This document shows, piece by piece, positions 39,866-52,142 of a stretch of DNA of 52,142 nucleotides. Positions within the stretch are counted from its first letter, which is position 1; each line of letters opens with the position of its first letter. The stretch comes from Octopus sinensis (Eukaryota), in assembly GCF_006345805.1 (NCBI RefSeq), contig NW_021833974.1:1-52142 (forward strand), in the 5' to 3' direction. The translations under genes and the position numbers were made by a program. The notes beneath the pieces were generated by a model. That model was given only the letters and a program-made list of their open reading frames with translations. It was not told the origin of the DNA and made no database searches.

Positions 39866-41950
39866 AGCAGCCCAATTGAATGAGTGTGTCCAGAAAGGTA
39901 CAGTCCCCGTGTGGATGGTAACTGGGAGGACAACACTTGTAAAGAAAGATAGAAGGAAGGGGAATATTGTGGGAGACTACGGTCCCATAGCATGCCTAAA
40001 CATAATCTGGAAGACATTCACTGGAATATGTGTGGCAAAGACATACACTTTCCTGCCACAGGAAGAAATACTACCAAGGGACCAAAAATGATGTGGGAAG
40101 GGTTCTCAGGGTACCACGGATTACCTGGACATCAATAAAACAGTTTTGAAGCATTATAAAATACCTCATACAAACATGTCTACGGCTTGGATTGACTTTA
40201 AGAAGGTATATGATATGATGCCTCATTCTTGAATCGTTTAAGCCCTTCAGACGTTTGGTGTTGCTGACAACATCACAAATTTTCTGATGCATAGCATGAA
40301 TAGTGGAAAACCAAATTGTACTCAAGTGCTGTTTTCCTTGGAGAAGTTAATATTAAAAGGGGAATCTTCCAATGTGACTCGTTTTCTCCGTTACTTTTTG
40401 TAATTGCATTAATATTCATAAGAATGAGACTTAGGAAAGTAAAAGTGGGTTACCGATGTGGGAAGAAAGGTCAATTATTGAACCATCTTCTTTTTATGGA
40501 TAACCTGAAATTGCGTGGAAAATCTGAAAAATAGATAGATTCCTTAACCAAAACAATCCAGAAGTGTGGGACATCGGTATGGAATTTGGGATCACCAAAT
40601 GCTCAGTACTTAATATGCAAAGAGGAAAGAAAGAAGCCAGCAGAGGATTGCGGTTATCACCAGGAAAGACCATGGGTGAACCCGGCAGCAGTAGGTATTT
40701 AGGGAGTTTGGAGCCGGATGACATTCTACACAGAGAAATAAAAGTCAATGTCATTGAGGCGTATGAAAAAGGGTGAAGATGGAGTTGAAATCCAACCTGA
40801 ATACCAATTTCGGTGGTCAGATATAGTGAGTCCTTCTTCAAATGGACTAAGGAGGAAATATCAACACTGGATAGAAGGATGAGAAAGTTGATGAAGCAAA
40901 CGTAAACATACTGTGTATGAAAAGAAAGAATGGTGGCAGAGGACTAATTAGTATATCAGGAGCGAAAGGAGAACTCTTACTGAGTATTTGATAAATAGTG
41001 ATGAATACCTGCTGCAATACGCTGCGGAAGGTATGGCTGTAAATGCAGATGAAATGATGGGCAAGGAAGAGTTTAACCAAAGAGCAGAGGAAAAGAGAAA
41101 AGAAGACCTTGAAATGAGAATGCATGGACAGTTTGAAATGAATACACAGGACATTAAGGATAATACAGCATCGTGAGCATGGCTCGAGCGAGGTGATTTG
41201 AAGCGTACCACCGAAATCCTGATCATTGCTGCAGAAGACCAGGTTCTCGCTACCAATTCAGTGAAGTATAACATCTATAAAACGTCTGACACCCAGAAAT
41301 GCAGACTCCGGGGAAAGAGTGTGGAAAATGTGATCCACTTGGTAAGGGATGTGAGAGAAGTGGATGCGAGAGCCTTGCACAAAAAGAATACAAAGCCGCC
41401 ACGATAAAGTGTGTATTTTCATTGGCTCTTATGCGGTAAATGCTAATATGAAGTAACAGAGAACTGGTATGAGTATGTACCAAGTAAAGTTATGCAGGAG
41501 GATGGAAAAGTAACGATACCCTGGGACTATGATTTTCAAACAGATCCTATAATCGAATACCGTCGGCCGGATATTGTTATATTGAATAAGTGAAACAAAT
41601 GCTGTCAGATCATTGATGCAGCCATACCAAATGACATGAATGTTGTGAGTAAAGAGGTTGAAAAAAATCACCAAGTACTCTGAATTGAAAGTGGAAATGG
41701 CAAGATTATGGAATGCAAGAAGGTAATGTAAAAGTGATACTAGTCGTGATTGGAGCGTTGGGCTCAATCCCGCTGAAACTTCAAAACTTCTGAAGGCAAC
41801 TGGAAATCTCATGCAAGATTGATATCTTGCAAAAAGCAGCCTTATTGGGCACAGTGCACATTTTAAGGAAAGTATTATCTGTCTGAGGTCCTTGTTGTGA
41901 CGTGACAGATGATTAAAGACGCCGGTGCATTTTACCTACACTGTGTTGTT
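39866..41950 (+). mobile_element. Degenerate R4/Dong-like non-LTR retrotransposon (RT, CCHC, restriction-like endonuclease), 5'-truncated
   Basis: Motifs GRTTLVKK, DYGPIACLNIIWK, WIDFKKVYDMMPHS, GIFQCDSFSPLLF, HLLFMDNLKL, GGRGL, AAEDQVLAT, CRL..KSVENVIHL, RPDIVI, IIDAAIP, LQKAALLGTVHILRKVL*. (AAT)n on both sides. Many stops and frameshifts. Confidence 0.88.
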
Positions 41951-41965
41951 AATAATAATAATAAC

Positions 41966-42027
<62 letters not shown>

Positions 42028-42031
<4 letters not shown>

Positions 42032-42207
42032 CAAATAATATATAACATACTGAAAATAGCACTGCGAGGCACAGCACACATCCTACGTAAAGCACTTTCA
42101 ATAAAGTGAAAATAACAATACTAAAACAAACCACAGCACATACCCAAAGCACACAGAGCTATGTTCGGCAGTGCAGTGAAAGTACGTGATAAAAATAAAA
42201 TTACTGA
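42028..42207 (+). mobile_element. Extreme 3' end of a third R4/Dong-like family
   Basis: IYNILKIALRGTAHILRKALSIK* matches the C-terminal motif of the two larger copies. A short UTR follows, and the piece lies between AAT/AAC tracts. Confidence 0.7.
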
Positions 42208-42473
42208 ATAACAACAACAACAATAATAATAATAAAAATGATGATGATAATGATGATGATGACGACGATGGTGATGATGATGGTAGTGGTGATGATAAGA
42301 ACCGCACTCACTGCTTATGATAATCATAGCAAACCACTCCACCATCCCAACCGCTGACACCATCTCTATCACTGACATCCTCACTGCTACTACTACCACC
42401 ACCGACATCCCCATCAATCATCATCAACATCAATCCTCCTCCTCCTCCTCATCATCATCATCATCATCATCAG

Positions 42474-42511
<38 letters not shown>

Positions 42512-43099
42512 CCATCAAAACTAGACAGTTTCAACAGCTTCCACATTATTGTCACTACCACAATTCTCGCTGACCAATTCTATGAACAAGAAGAACAACA
42601 TCAACGAAAGAACAAATTCGTACAACAACAACAGCAATAACAATAATAGGCCAACGAGGAATCTCTTAGTGATCGCTCGACCTACAAAAAGAGAAAACAG
42701 CAGAATCTCATTACAAATATACCCCATTGTCTAAGAAAATTGAGTTACAGGATAAAGTGGTTCCGAGCTTAATGTACCTAAGATGGAGATGTCACGGCTG
42801 GAAAAAATCATTTAAACAACAACTGGAGCAAATTAATAGATTGGTTTCAAATTTTGGAACAATGCCAGTAATTTGGGGAGACAGGGTGAAGTCGATTACA
42901 TTAATTCCAATGCTCAACTAGTGCTTCTTTTGTCGACCCCGATAGGGATGAACGACGAAGTCGACCTCGGTGGATTTGAACTCAGAACGTAAAAGCAGAC
43001 GAAATGCCACTAAGCATGTTTGTATTTATGTTTGTCTATGAACATGTGTGTATGTGTATATATGCATGTGTGCATGTGTGCATGTATGTGTAGTTCTTA

Positions 43100-44300
43100 T
43101 TCTTGCTGATGTACTTTAGTTTTTCGCTAATATATTCTAATTTGGAGACAAGAATCTTCAGTCGACTTTCTTAGTATATGGAGAGGGAAAACAATGAGCT
43201 GAGGGCATGTTATCTAATATATCACATCACCTGTGTTTTGCCTGCTATTATGAAAAGAGATAGAGCTGTTATGCTGTGTCGGCAAATCGAAATTAACTCT
43301 GGCTTTCTTTTTCTATTTGTATCAGTACACGGTTTATAGAATGACGATTTTCAGTTTAGTAGCATGATTTATACAAGTTCTAACAGTTAATGGGTTTAGT
43401 GGATCTGCCTGAAATAAACCATTCTCATGTCGGTGAATTCATTTCTGTCTTTTTCAGAGCGTAGCAGTATTTTCTTTATTACATTAATGTTTGAATGAGA
43501 ACGTGGTGATGTCTATTCTTAAATGTATTTTCTGTTAGGCCGTTGAAAGATACAGGAGTGTTATTTTCTTTAGATGCGGAGGCCGGATATACGATGCTAC
43601 TAGCTATCTAGATTTTATTGAAGGGGCATCGGTAACCTATTGCCCCAGTTATCTCCTATCTTGTTTTTTTTCTTTTGTAGTTTGCTATAGAATTCTGTTT
43701 TTATTCAACGAAACGATTCTCCTTATAAGAAAGGACTATGGAATAAGTGACGTTTACAAAGATTTTATTAAAATACTTGTAAAGTTTATCTTTGTAGAAG
43801 TGTTCATTGATTTAGAAATGGTTATGACGTCGTTAGGGAACGGTGGATCAAATCAAATCTCATTTGTCTCCCAAATGTGAGCCTGTTGTTTGTACTAGGT
43901 GTACTATGTGCTGGTGCATATTTGAAGTTGCCACGGTCGAGCGACTGGTTGGATATGTACTGTCCAAGTTGCCTTTGACGTGTTGCTTCATCAGATGGAG
44001 AGACCGAATTTATAAATGCGCTTTTCTTTATAACAATTGGTTGGCGGTTGGAAATATACCGAATGTAGGTGTTAAGTTATAATACAAAGTTTGTGGGAAG
44101 CAGAGGTTGGGTTCGTTTTATTCAGAAAGTTGGTGGATAGCAGATTAGTTTCCATTGTTAAATTTCGGATTAAGCCTTTCGAAAGCGGCTGTGATGTGTT
44201 GTATGGGCGTAACGACGTGTGCCTAATCCGGATTTGAAGATCATTAGGTTATCGACCTACTTTATTATTACTGCCTATCCATTCTAGTTAGCGAAGGGAA
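43100..44300 (-). mobile_element. Highly degenerate Penelope-like element (RT C-terminus, linker, C-terminal GIY-YIG), possibly Nematis-like
   Basis: Minus-strand motifs in the expected order: ETNLLSTNFLNKT (~NFLDVT, ~44130), ISNRQPIVI (~SNHPP), I*FDPPF (~WFNPPF, ~43845), GLTENTFKNR (~YIG, ~43525), KPELISICRH (~43285). The clade label is inference. Confidence 0.72.
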
Positions 44301-44457
44301 AATAGTCTTATGAGTTGGTACCGCTCGTGCAAATACTTAGAGTTAGATGAAACTGATAATTATAATGTTGCGAACACCTCAGGATAAACTTGCAGAGAAA
44401 TACTGAAAACGAGACAATAATGATAATAATGATAATAATATAATAATAATAATAATA

Positions 44458-44504
<47 letters not shown>

Positions 44505-44511
44505 TAATAAA

Positions 44512-44800
44512 TGCCCTGATGCAGTACCAGGCAGTGGCTCTCATGGCTTCTGATCTTAACTGATTGGAAGTGTTATCATGTACATTGTTTTGTCTTGGTA
44601 TAAAAGATGGGCTACAGCAAATATTCTGCTCAATACCACAGATTTGCTTGTCAGTTGTTTGACCTTAACCAGTTGAGCATGTCCCTTAGTGGCTGACGAT
44701 ATGTGCATCTCTGATCACGAGCAGAAGTAGTGGGGGAGCATCATAGCTATGTATATTTTACCCCAGTGTCACTTTGATGGCATGCACTGCTCTCTCACTC
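44512..44800 (+). mobile_element. Internally deleted copy of the ~550-bp AAT-flanked repeat
   Basis: Same 5' start (TGCCCTGA) and 3' end as 16686-17230. Jumps from CATCATAGC to TATATTTTACCCCAG. (AAT)n on both sides. Confidence 0.88.
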
Positions 44801-44825
44801 AATAATAATAATAATAATAATAATC

Positions 44826-44863
<38 letters not shown>

Positions 44864-45831
44864 TTATCCCTATCTGCTATCCACAAAACACGAGGATCAC
44901 TTACTTCCGTTCACCAAACTTCGACCCCGTATTTAAACATGCCTCTCACAGTCTCTGCCTCTTCTACCCTAGGTGGACTTGTTATCGCACAGCACATGTA
45001 ACTGTAATGGAAAGGTTCAGACAAGCAAGCCTCATTCTTTCTCTAACTCCATTTTTATTATTGTCCCTATCACGTATTTGTCTAACTGCTCACTCTCTAC
45101 ACTTTTCCTCTTCTTTCACCATGTTTTCTTCTCTGTAGGTTCCCCCTTCTGTCTATCGTCCGGAGTATTGGTCGGATGAGGGTATAGGACCCACCGACAA
45201 CATCTAGTTCTCTATGAGACTCATGGACATCGTATAAATGGCTAGTATTCATACTCCCCAACACTCGGAAATAAGAACGAGAATAGTCCCAGCTTAAGAG
45301 TAGTAAGAGCTCTTCAGTTTAGTTGACATTCTAGAAATGGGGTCTCGATAAAAGTTCTGGCTAACTTTAAAACTCAAACCTCATCACTAAGTGAAAATGT
45401 CCACTACAGGTGTATCGAATAATGTTGTAAATGAGGCTGGAACGGTGAAGGTATGTTGCCCAGCATCTTCCCTATGGTTGAGCAGTTCAGACCAGTTGTA
45501 ATCCAGAGACTACTTGTACTTAGAGCCAGAGGCAGAAAAAAAAGGTGGGAGAAGGAGGAACTCTGTATGAAGGTTTTCTGAAAACGTATAAAGTCAATAT
45601 AGAATGAAACATGACTCTTTGCGGTAAGTAAGCAACTGTTAACCGATCGGACAAGAGTAATAAGAAAAAATGGCATTTGCTTTATGCTAACAACAATCCC
45701 TGAGCAAAAAGTTAAGAAAAGAAACAAGTCCTCTCACACTGACTGATTTCGCCAGTTTGCACCCATCCATCACGATTTTTATTAGAGCAGTGTTACTACC
45801 TCCGCACATTCTCAACCCACTTCAAGCGGAC

Positions 45832-46053
45832 ACAAAAATTTGTCCCAGCAGTGGGCAATGAGAGAGCCAGATGTTACAAATAGCAGCCATCTATGTATCA
45901 TACTTAATGCATACATATTAACTATAGGCCGTTTATTCACTTTTTCCTATATCGAAGAAGACAAAATCTCGTCCGAGCATGAAACTGTACGCATCATTGG
46001 TGGCCGAAATACACCTGGCGCTCACGGTGGCCGCTGCTGGGACAAATTTTTGT
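45832..46053. mobile_element. MITE-like element with ~43-bp terminal inverted repeats
   Basis: ACAAAAATTTGTCCCAGCAG (45832) is the exact reverse complement of CTGCTGGGACAAATTTTTGT (ends 46053). Similarity continues inward, about 35/43. Confidence 0.6.
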
Positions 46054-48345
46054 CTCATTCTCTGATATTTCTTTTGTAACTGGTACTGCTGTAACTGACC
46101 TATCAATTGTGTGTATACATTAGGTGTGATATGTAGGTGGTTATTACTTTAATTGTTGAAATATTGGGAATCATTCTTTCCAAATTTTATTCGTTTGTCC
46201 TAATGTTTTTCTTTTACTTTTTTACTCCCGTTGCGAAGGTTGCAGAATGAAAATGAATTGAAACCAGAGGTGAAACTCTTGAAGTCAGAAGATGAAAATG
46301 TAGGAAATATGAAACCATAACTTGCAGGCCTTGTACCAAAATTTGAAAGTAATTCATTGAAGCACAATCATTGTTCAGTGCGAAACAAATATTGTTTTAT
46401 AATGTTTGAGATAATAGCATTGATGCTTTAAATCTTATATTTTATTTATTTCAGTCATTTGCCTGCGGCCATACTGGAGCACCGCCTTAAAGTGTCTAAC
46501 CGAACAAATCGACCCCAGTATGTATTTTACTGTCTCGCATTTATTCTATCGATCTTTTTTTGCCGAACTGCATAACTGCGCTAGATGAAACTACAACTCA
46601 TCAAATATATAATTGTGAGTAAGTAATTCACACATTATGTATATTGGTAAATTTAATCTGCTAAAATACATTATAACTTCAGGGAACTTCTACGGTAAAG
46701 CTGTCGGTGCCTAGTATTGTAGATTATGATATACTTTTATAACTCAAATTGGGTTGTAATCCAAGGGTTGGCAACTACTGATCTAGAACAAATGTGATCT
46801 GCTTCGTATTTCAGTGTTACAGTTATTATTTATAGTGAAAAACGTTTTCTTTTATCTAATAATCTGTTTTCGTTCTTGTATGCAAAGAAAATATTTGGAT
46901 GTAAGCCCATCCTACTATGTTTGATAAAATAATTTTAAACGTATTCTAGAATAGTCTTTGTTATTTTGTATTATACTGCCACCTTGCTGAGTCCAAATAT
47001 TTCCCTCACTGCCACATCACTTAGGTTCTATGTACAAGAATTTCTGGAATACTGTTATCCGTTTTCTCTGTAGAAAAAAAAAACCCAGAACAAAACTAAT
47101 ATAACAAAATGTTAAGTAAAAAGAACGTAAATCGAATATTGTGAAAAATTAGCTGCGAAAATGATGGCTTTTATGTCACAAAACTATTATGTCCATGAAC
47201 TGTATTTTGCCTAGATGTGTACGGACATCACTAGGGTGAATAATTAATCGCTGTAAACGCTACAATAAAATTGATGAAGATTTTATTAACTCGAAATATT
47301 AAACGTCACCTTACACGTAAAGTTATCTATGATAGAGTGTCAACCATGGCGATATTGGTTTTTCATTCATTCGAACTTTTGGTTACCATATTTCACTTTG
47401 AAATCACTGCGCTTGCCTCAATCAATTTTGAAGACAATAGAAAAGAATTTAGTGAAAAAGTATTGTCACTGGCGTCTGGAACATACTTTAACATGAAATT
47501 TTGATGGAATATTTTAACTTAGATTAATTTAACATAGAAAGTTTGTATCATAGTACCAAGTATGGTGTCACGAATGTTGGTATGAAGGAAGTAAGTAGCA
47601 GACTGACGAACCTTTTCAGCCCACGAAAAGTATAAATTAGTATAGTACGGAAAAATGGCGAACTGAGAACACGCTAACATTCTATCACAGCCAATAGTAA
47701 GGGGTGTAGTGTCAGTTAACCACTACCTCTTTCTGTTGAAAGATTTGATTTGGAAATCCCACTACGTGGCACCTTGGGCAAGTGTCTTCTACTATAGCCT
47801 CGGGCCGACCAAAGCCTTGTGAGCGGATTTGGTAGACGGAAACTGAAAGAAGCCCGTCGTATATATGTATGTATATATGTATGTGTGTGCATATATGTCT
47901 GTGTATCTGTGTTTGTTCCCCCAACATCGCTTGACAACCGATGCTAAGATTTGGCTCAGATCGAGCTGACCTACAAAAGCAAAAGCATTCCAATCATGAC
48001 CATCATTGTATATTTATATATACAAAATCTCAAGAGTATTGTTATTCGACAGGGTGTATAAATCGGGTATCAGGGACTCTCTCTAGGTCGAGCCGCTAAT
48101 TCACCGCATTGAGAGACCACAGCTATGGTTTGCGGTCATGTGATTAGAAGGTTGCAGCAAAGAATCTCAAAACGGTTTTTTCAAGTGCAACCAACCGGCA
48201 GGGGGCCTAGGAGTGGATTAAAAACGAGTTGGTTAGATAATATACCAGACCCTCAGTTTGCTTCTGATAGGACCATATAAGGGCGTGCCCGAGAATTCTA
48301 CCCAAACGATCCTTCCATGAATGATGGACTGAAAAATAGATCTAC

Positions 48346-48485
<140 letters not shown>

Positions 48486-51400
48486 GGGATCTCCTCGAGG
48501 ACAAACCAATGGAGGAGAAAGCAAAAACCTTCGAGCAGTAAGTAACCCTCTGTTCCTTTCACTTGTATTCTAATTCATTAGGATTATGATCAAGATTGGT
48601 TGTGTAAATGCGCGTGGCTTGGGGTCCCCTTGGAAACAAGCGTACCTCTTAAATGACATAAAGTCACATAAGTTAGAAATCATAGCCATAAGTGAGACCA
48701 GACTCCACAATCCGCGGGCCCTAATGACCATGTTTGGCGGACAGTTCAACATTTATTTTTCCCCCTGTCTGCCGAGAATGGGCGGTAGTGGCACCGCGGT
48801 ACTTTTTCGCAAGAGTCTGGATCTCAAAGTAAGGACAATATTCGTAGACCCGGAGGGTAGACTGGTCGTTCTGGATGTCGACGGCAGCAATGGGTGCGCT
48901 TTTCGACTCGTATCAGTCTACGCACCGCCCTTAACAGGTCGGGCGGATTTCTTTCAAGGTCTAGAAGTATTCTTGGGAACGTCTCGTCCTTTACTCTTAG
49001 TGGGGGATTGGAATGCTACCTTGGACACGCATGTAGACTACGTGGGTAGAGATAGGAATAGACGGGGATGCAAATGCCTCAGAGACCTGCTCAGACGCTT
49101 TCAACTGTCTGACAGGTTCCGACTAGACCACCCGAATGCGCCAACGTGGACATGGAGCAACCGCATCGGGTCGTCGAGATCGTATCTAGATAGGATACTG
49201 TGTAGGACAGTAGACAGAGATAGCATAGGATGTCCACAATTCCACATAGTCAGCTACACGGATCAAAAACTTGTGACATGTACGCTAGACTTAGGTAAGA
49301 CACGTAGGCAGGGTCCCGGATACTGGAAACTAAACGCGTCTTTCCCATCGAGACAGGTTTTCAGAGACCGGATTAGCACACTAGTAAAGAGGGCTTTGAC
49401 GGGAGCCATCATCAACAACAAATGGTGGTTTGTTCTCAAGAGAGCAGTAAAAGCAGAAGCGATTAGGTACAGCAAAGCACTAGCCATAGATAGAAATAGA
49501 GTAGAGGGTGAGCTAGTTAAGAAGCTAGAAGAGGCAATTAGAAGCGGCATCGCATCCGACGTTTTGGCGGCGAGGTTGGCCCTCGACCAACACTTCAACG
49601 CCAAACACGAAGGATGTGCTGTCAGAGCTAGGATGCGTGCTCTAAGGAACGAAGGTGTTGGAGCCGCGAGAGAGGCCCGGATGGCAGAGGCGCAACAGGG
49701 CAACAAAGCCACCATTCGGTCCCTGGTAGATGAACAGGGGCGCGAATTGCTCGAGCCAAGTAAAATGTGTGAGGCCTTTCAGCAGCATTTTGCCCGACTG
49801 TTCGGGACGAGTGGAGGGCAAGAACGTAGGGTGGACTTCAGTGCCTACCTACATAGCCTACCACGACTCTCGACAAGAAAGGCAGGGTGCTGCGAAGGTG
49901 CCATCACGGTGGCGGAAGTGCAGGACGCGATGGCAGATTGCTCGAGGGACAAATCACCGGGTTTGGATGGTCTACCCTACGAGCTTTACAATTGTATGCC
50001 AGACTTGTTTGGAGATCTCTTGGCGGCGGTGTACTGCAACTGGCAGCAAAACGGGAGCATTCCTGGTTTTGTGAGCCGAGGAGCCGTAACACTGCTGAAG
50101 AAAGATCTAAACAAGGGAAATGTAATAGATAACTTTAGGCCCATCACTCTGCTTAATGCAGACTTGAAAACTTTGGCCAAGGTGCTAGCCAAGAGGTTGT
50201 CATCGAGAAACTGGTCGACAAGGCGCAAACATGCGCCGTGCCGGACCGGACCATCCATGACAACCTCCACCTGATGCGCTACATCATAGACAGGGTAGTT
50301 AACGAACCTGGCATGGGTGGGGCGCTGATCAATTTGGATCAATCGAAAGCTTTCGATAGGGTAGACCATCGATACTTGGAGGCGGTCCTCAGAGCGGCTG
50401 GCTTCGGTTCCGTCTTCCGCGGCTGGATAGCCGCTTTGTACAGAGGCATCCGTTCGGTAATTCGCGTGAATGGACATCTATCGAGACCCTTCGACATCGC
50501 ACGTTCGGTCCGTCAGGGATGCCCCCTCTCGTCGCTTCTATACGTATTGACTCTCGTGCCATTATTGCGGAAGCTGGCAACTTTGAGGGGCATCCCGCGA
50601 GAACTGGGATGCGGGACGAGCGTGTCTGCATACGCGGACGACGTCACCGTCATAGTGTCTAGACACGAGCACATCGAGCAGGTCGGCGAGACACTGAAAA
50701 ACTACGAAGCGGTGACAGGAGCGAAAATCAACCGGGAAAAGTCAGTGGGCTTGCGACTAGGCACCTGGAGAAGCAAGCCCATGCCATCCACCAGCGCCTC
50801 CGTCGTGGGACGCTGGACCGACGGCCCGGTTGAGTTGCTCGGGGTCTGGTTTGGTCCGGTTGATGATGCGCAGACACGCGCTGAGACTGCGACATCTTAG
50901 GCTCTTCGTAGACGACGGTGAACAGGTGTGGTCGCCGTTTGTGAGGCACGCTTTCCCGCAGCTCGTCTCTATGACCGAACTGCAGTCGTGGATCAAAAGG
51001 AGGCCGAGGAAGGGAGAATGGCACCGCGAGTGTCGCGTTGCTCTCAAGCAACTCTGCCGTCCTGGGTCGACCTTGAGTGACTTCAACACAACCAAAGCAT
51101 TCTATAGGGGATTAGTGGAGGGGAGGTACGACGTCGAGCTCGGGGCGAACCTGGACGTCGACGAGGAGTACCTGACCCGCCTGTTCAGGACGACTTTCGG
51201 GCCAGGGCCCATGGACAACTTCTAGAGATCCCTGGCCTGGCAGTGCTACCGAGAAGCGCTACCCGTTCGGGATAAGCTCTACAGACACGGCTCGAGAAAC
51301 ACAGGGCCAACCTGCACGAGATGCGGTCAGAGCGACGAAACCGTTCTGCACGCACTCGTGCAGTGTCCAACAATTTCCGACCCGTGGGCTTATGTCGAAC

Positions 51401-52142
51401 AACTGCTGTCACGTGTGGGACGAGTCGGTTTATCAGCTGAGTCTATCGTCAATATTGTCACGCCTCCTTCCTTCAAACGGGAAGGAAGAGCTATTTTCAT
51501 CATCCTTGTGGCTATGGTGAAAGAATGTATCCGGTGGACGCGTCTGAAAGAATTGGAGACAAACACTTTTTCTCTGGCCAATCTCTCATCAACTTCTTCA
51601 AGTACCACTTGAAAAGGAAAGTGAGAGTAGAGAGGCAAGATTTGTCTAGCGAATGTTTTAAAAAAAGATGGGTGAATGTAGCAAGGATGGCACGTATGAA
51701 TGACGAAGCCACCTTGAGCATAATCCTATGAACCCAGAAATTGAAAACAGAGGGTTACCCACTTGCAAACAAATGTGGTAACATATAACAGTATTGACCA
51801 AGGTTACCGTGGTCTTTTTCGTAGGCTTTTCTTCCCACGGATAAACCTTACTTGCTTTCCCCTTTACACCATATATCATAACACTGTGATACACGATCCG
51901 TATTGATCGTTTTTTTTCCTCTTCCCCCTTTTTTCCCCTATTTTCTTCTTTTTTCATTTCTCTTTTCTTTTGTTCCTTTTCCTTTTCTTTTTTTTCTTTT
52001 TCTTTTTTCTTTTGTATTTTATTAATTTTTATTTGTTCTTTTCTTCCCTTTTACGATCCCTCTTGATCGAACACCTACGCACCCCCTTTTTTTGTTTTTT
52101 TTGTTTCTTTCATCCCCCAAAGAAAAGCTCTACCTTGTAACT
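48486..52142 (+). mobile_element. L1/Tx1-clade non-LTR retrotransposon, 5'-truncated near the end of ORF1 and running off the window in its T-rich 3' UTR
   Basis: Starts right after (ATCT)n at 48340-48485. A short putative ORF1 tail (WDLLEDKPMEEKAKTFEQ*) and spacer precede ORF2 with APE endonuclease, RT and C-terminal CCHC motifs. The 3' part closely matches 25164-26230. Confidence 0.93.
48586..51731 (+). pseudogene. Disrupted ORF2 (APE endonuclease - reverse transcriptase - CCHC) of the L1/Tx1-like LINE
   Basis: APE motifs NARGL, SETRL, VYAP, GDWN, TW, YLDRI, with YTDQ where SDH is expected. RT motifs KSPGLDGL, NFRPITLLNAD, DQSKAFDRVDH, VRQGCPLS, AYADD. Zn finger CTRCGQSDETVLHALVQC. Lesions: frameshift at ~50200, apparent internal deletion at ~50860, TAG at ~51222 (CAG in the other copy), frameshift at ~51570. 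Confidence 0.92.

Noticed and set aside
44512-44730. HDV-like or hammerhead ribozyme in the 550-bp element (GCCCTGATG start, CTGACGA at ~44693)
   Set aside because: I could not build the HDV P1/P2/P3 nesting, and CTGACGA is not followed by a stem II and GAAA.
49263-50477. Antisense ORFs within the Tx1-like LINE
   Set aside because: Shadow ORFs of GC-richer coding sequence with no motifs.

Overview
AT-rich, microsatellite-saturated eukaryotic non-coding DNA, either intergenic or a large intron. The SINE repertoire resembles the tRNA-derived SINEs described from octopus, so a cephalopod origin is inferred from recall, not from a search. No intact host gene is supported; almost all ORFs in the track are translations of (AT)n, (GT)n, (GTAT)n, (ATCT)n, (AAT)n or (CAT)n. 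The recognisable content is a TE graveyard: L1/Tx1-clade LINEs (two closely related copies plus an older relative), R4/Dong-like RLE LINEs, two kinds of Penelope-like element, a mariner, MITEs and at least four SINE families. The most notable pattern is that retroelement families appear sorted by microsatellite type. Both copies of the Tx1-like family abut (ATCT)n. The Dong-like LINEs and an unclassified ~550-bp non-coding element sit in (AAT)n with strict strand polarity. Penelope-associated and other short repeats carrying degenerate hammerhead-like cores sit next to (AT)n, (GT)n or (GTAT)n. All family assignments come from motifs read by eye.
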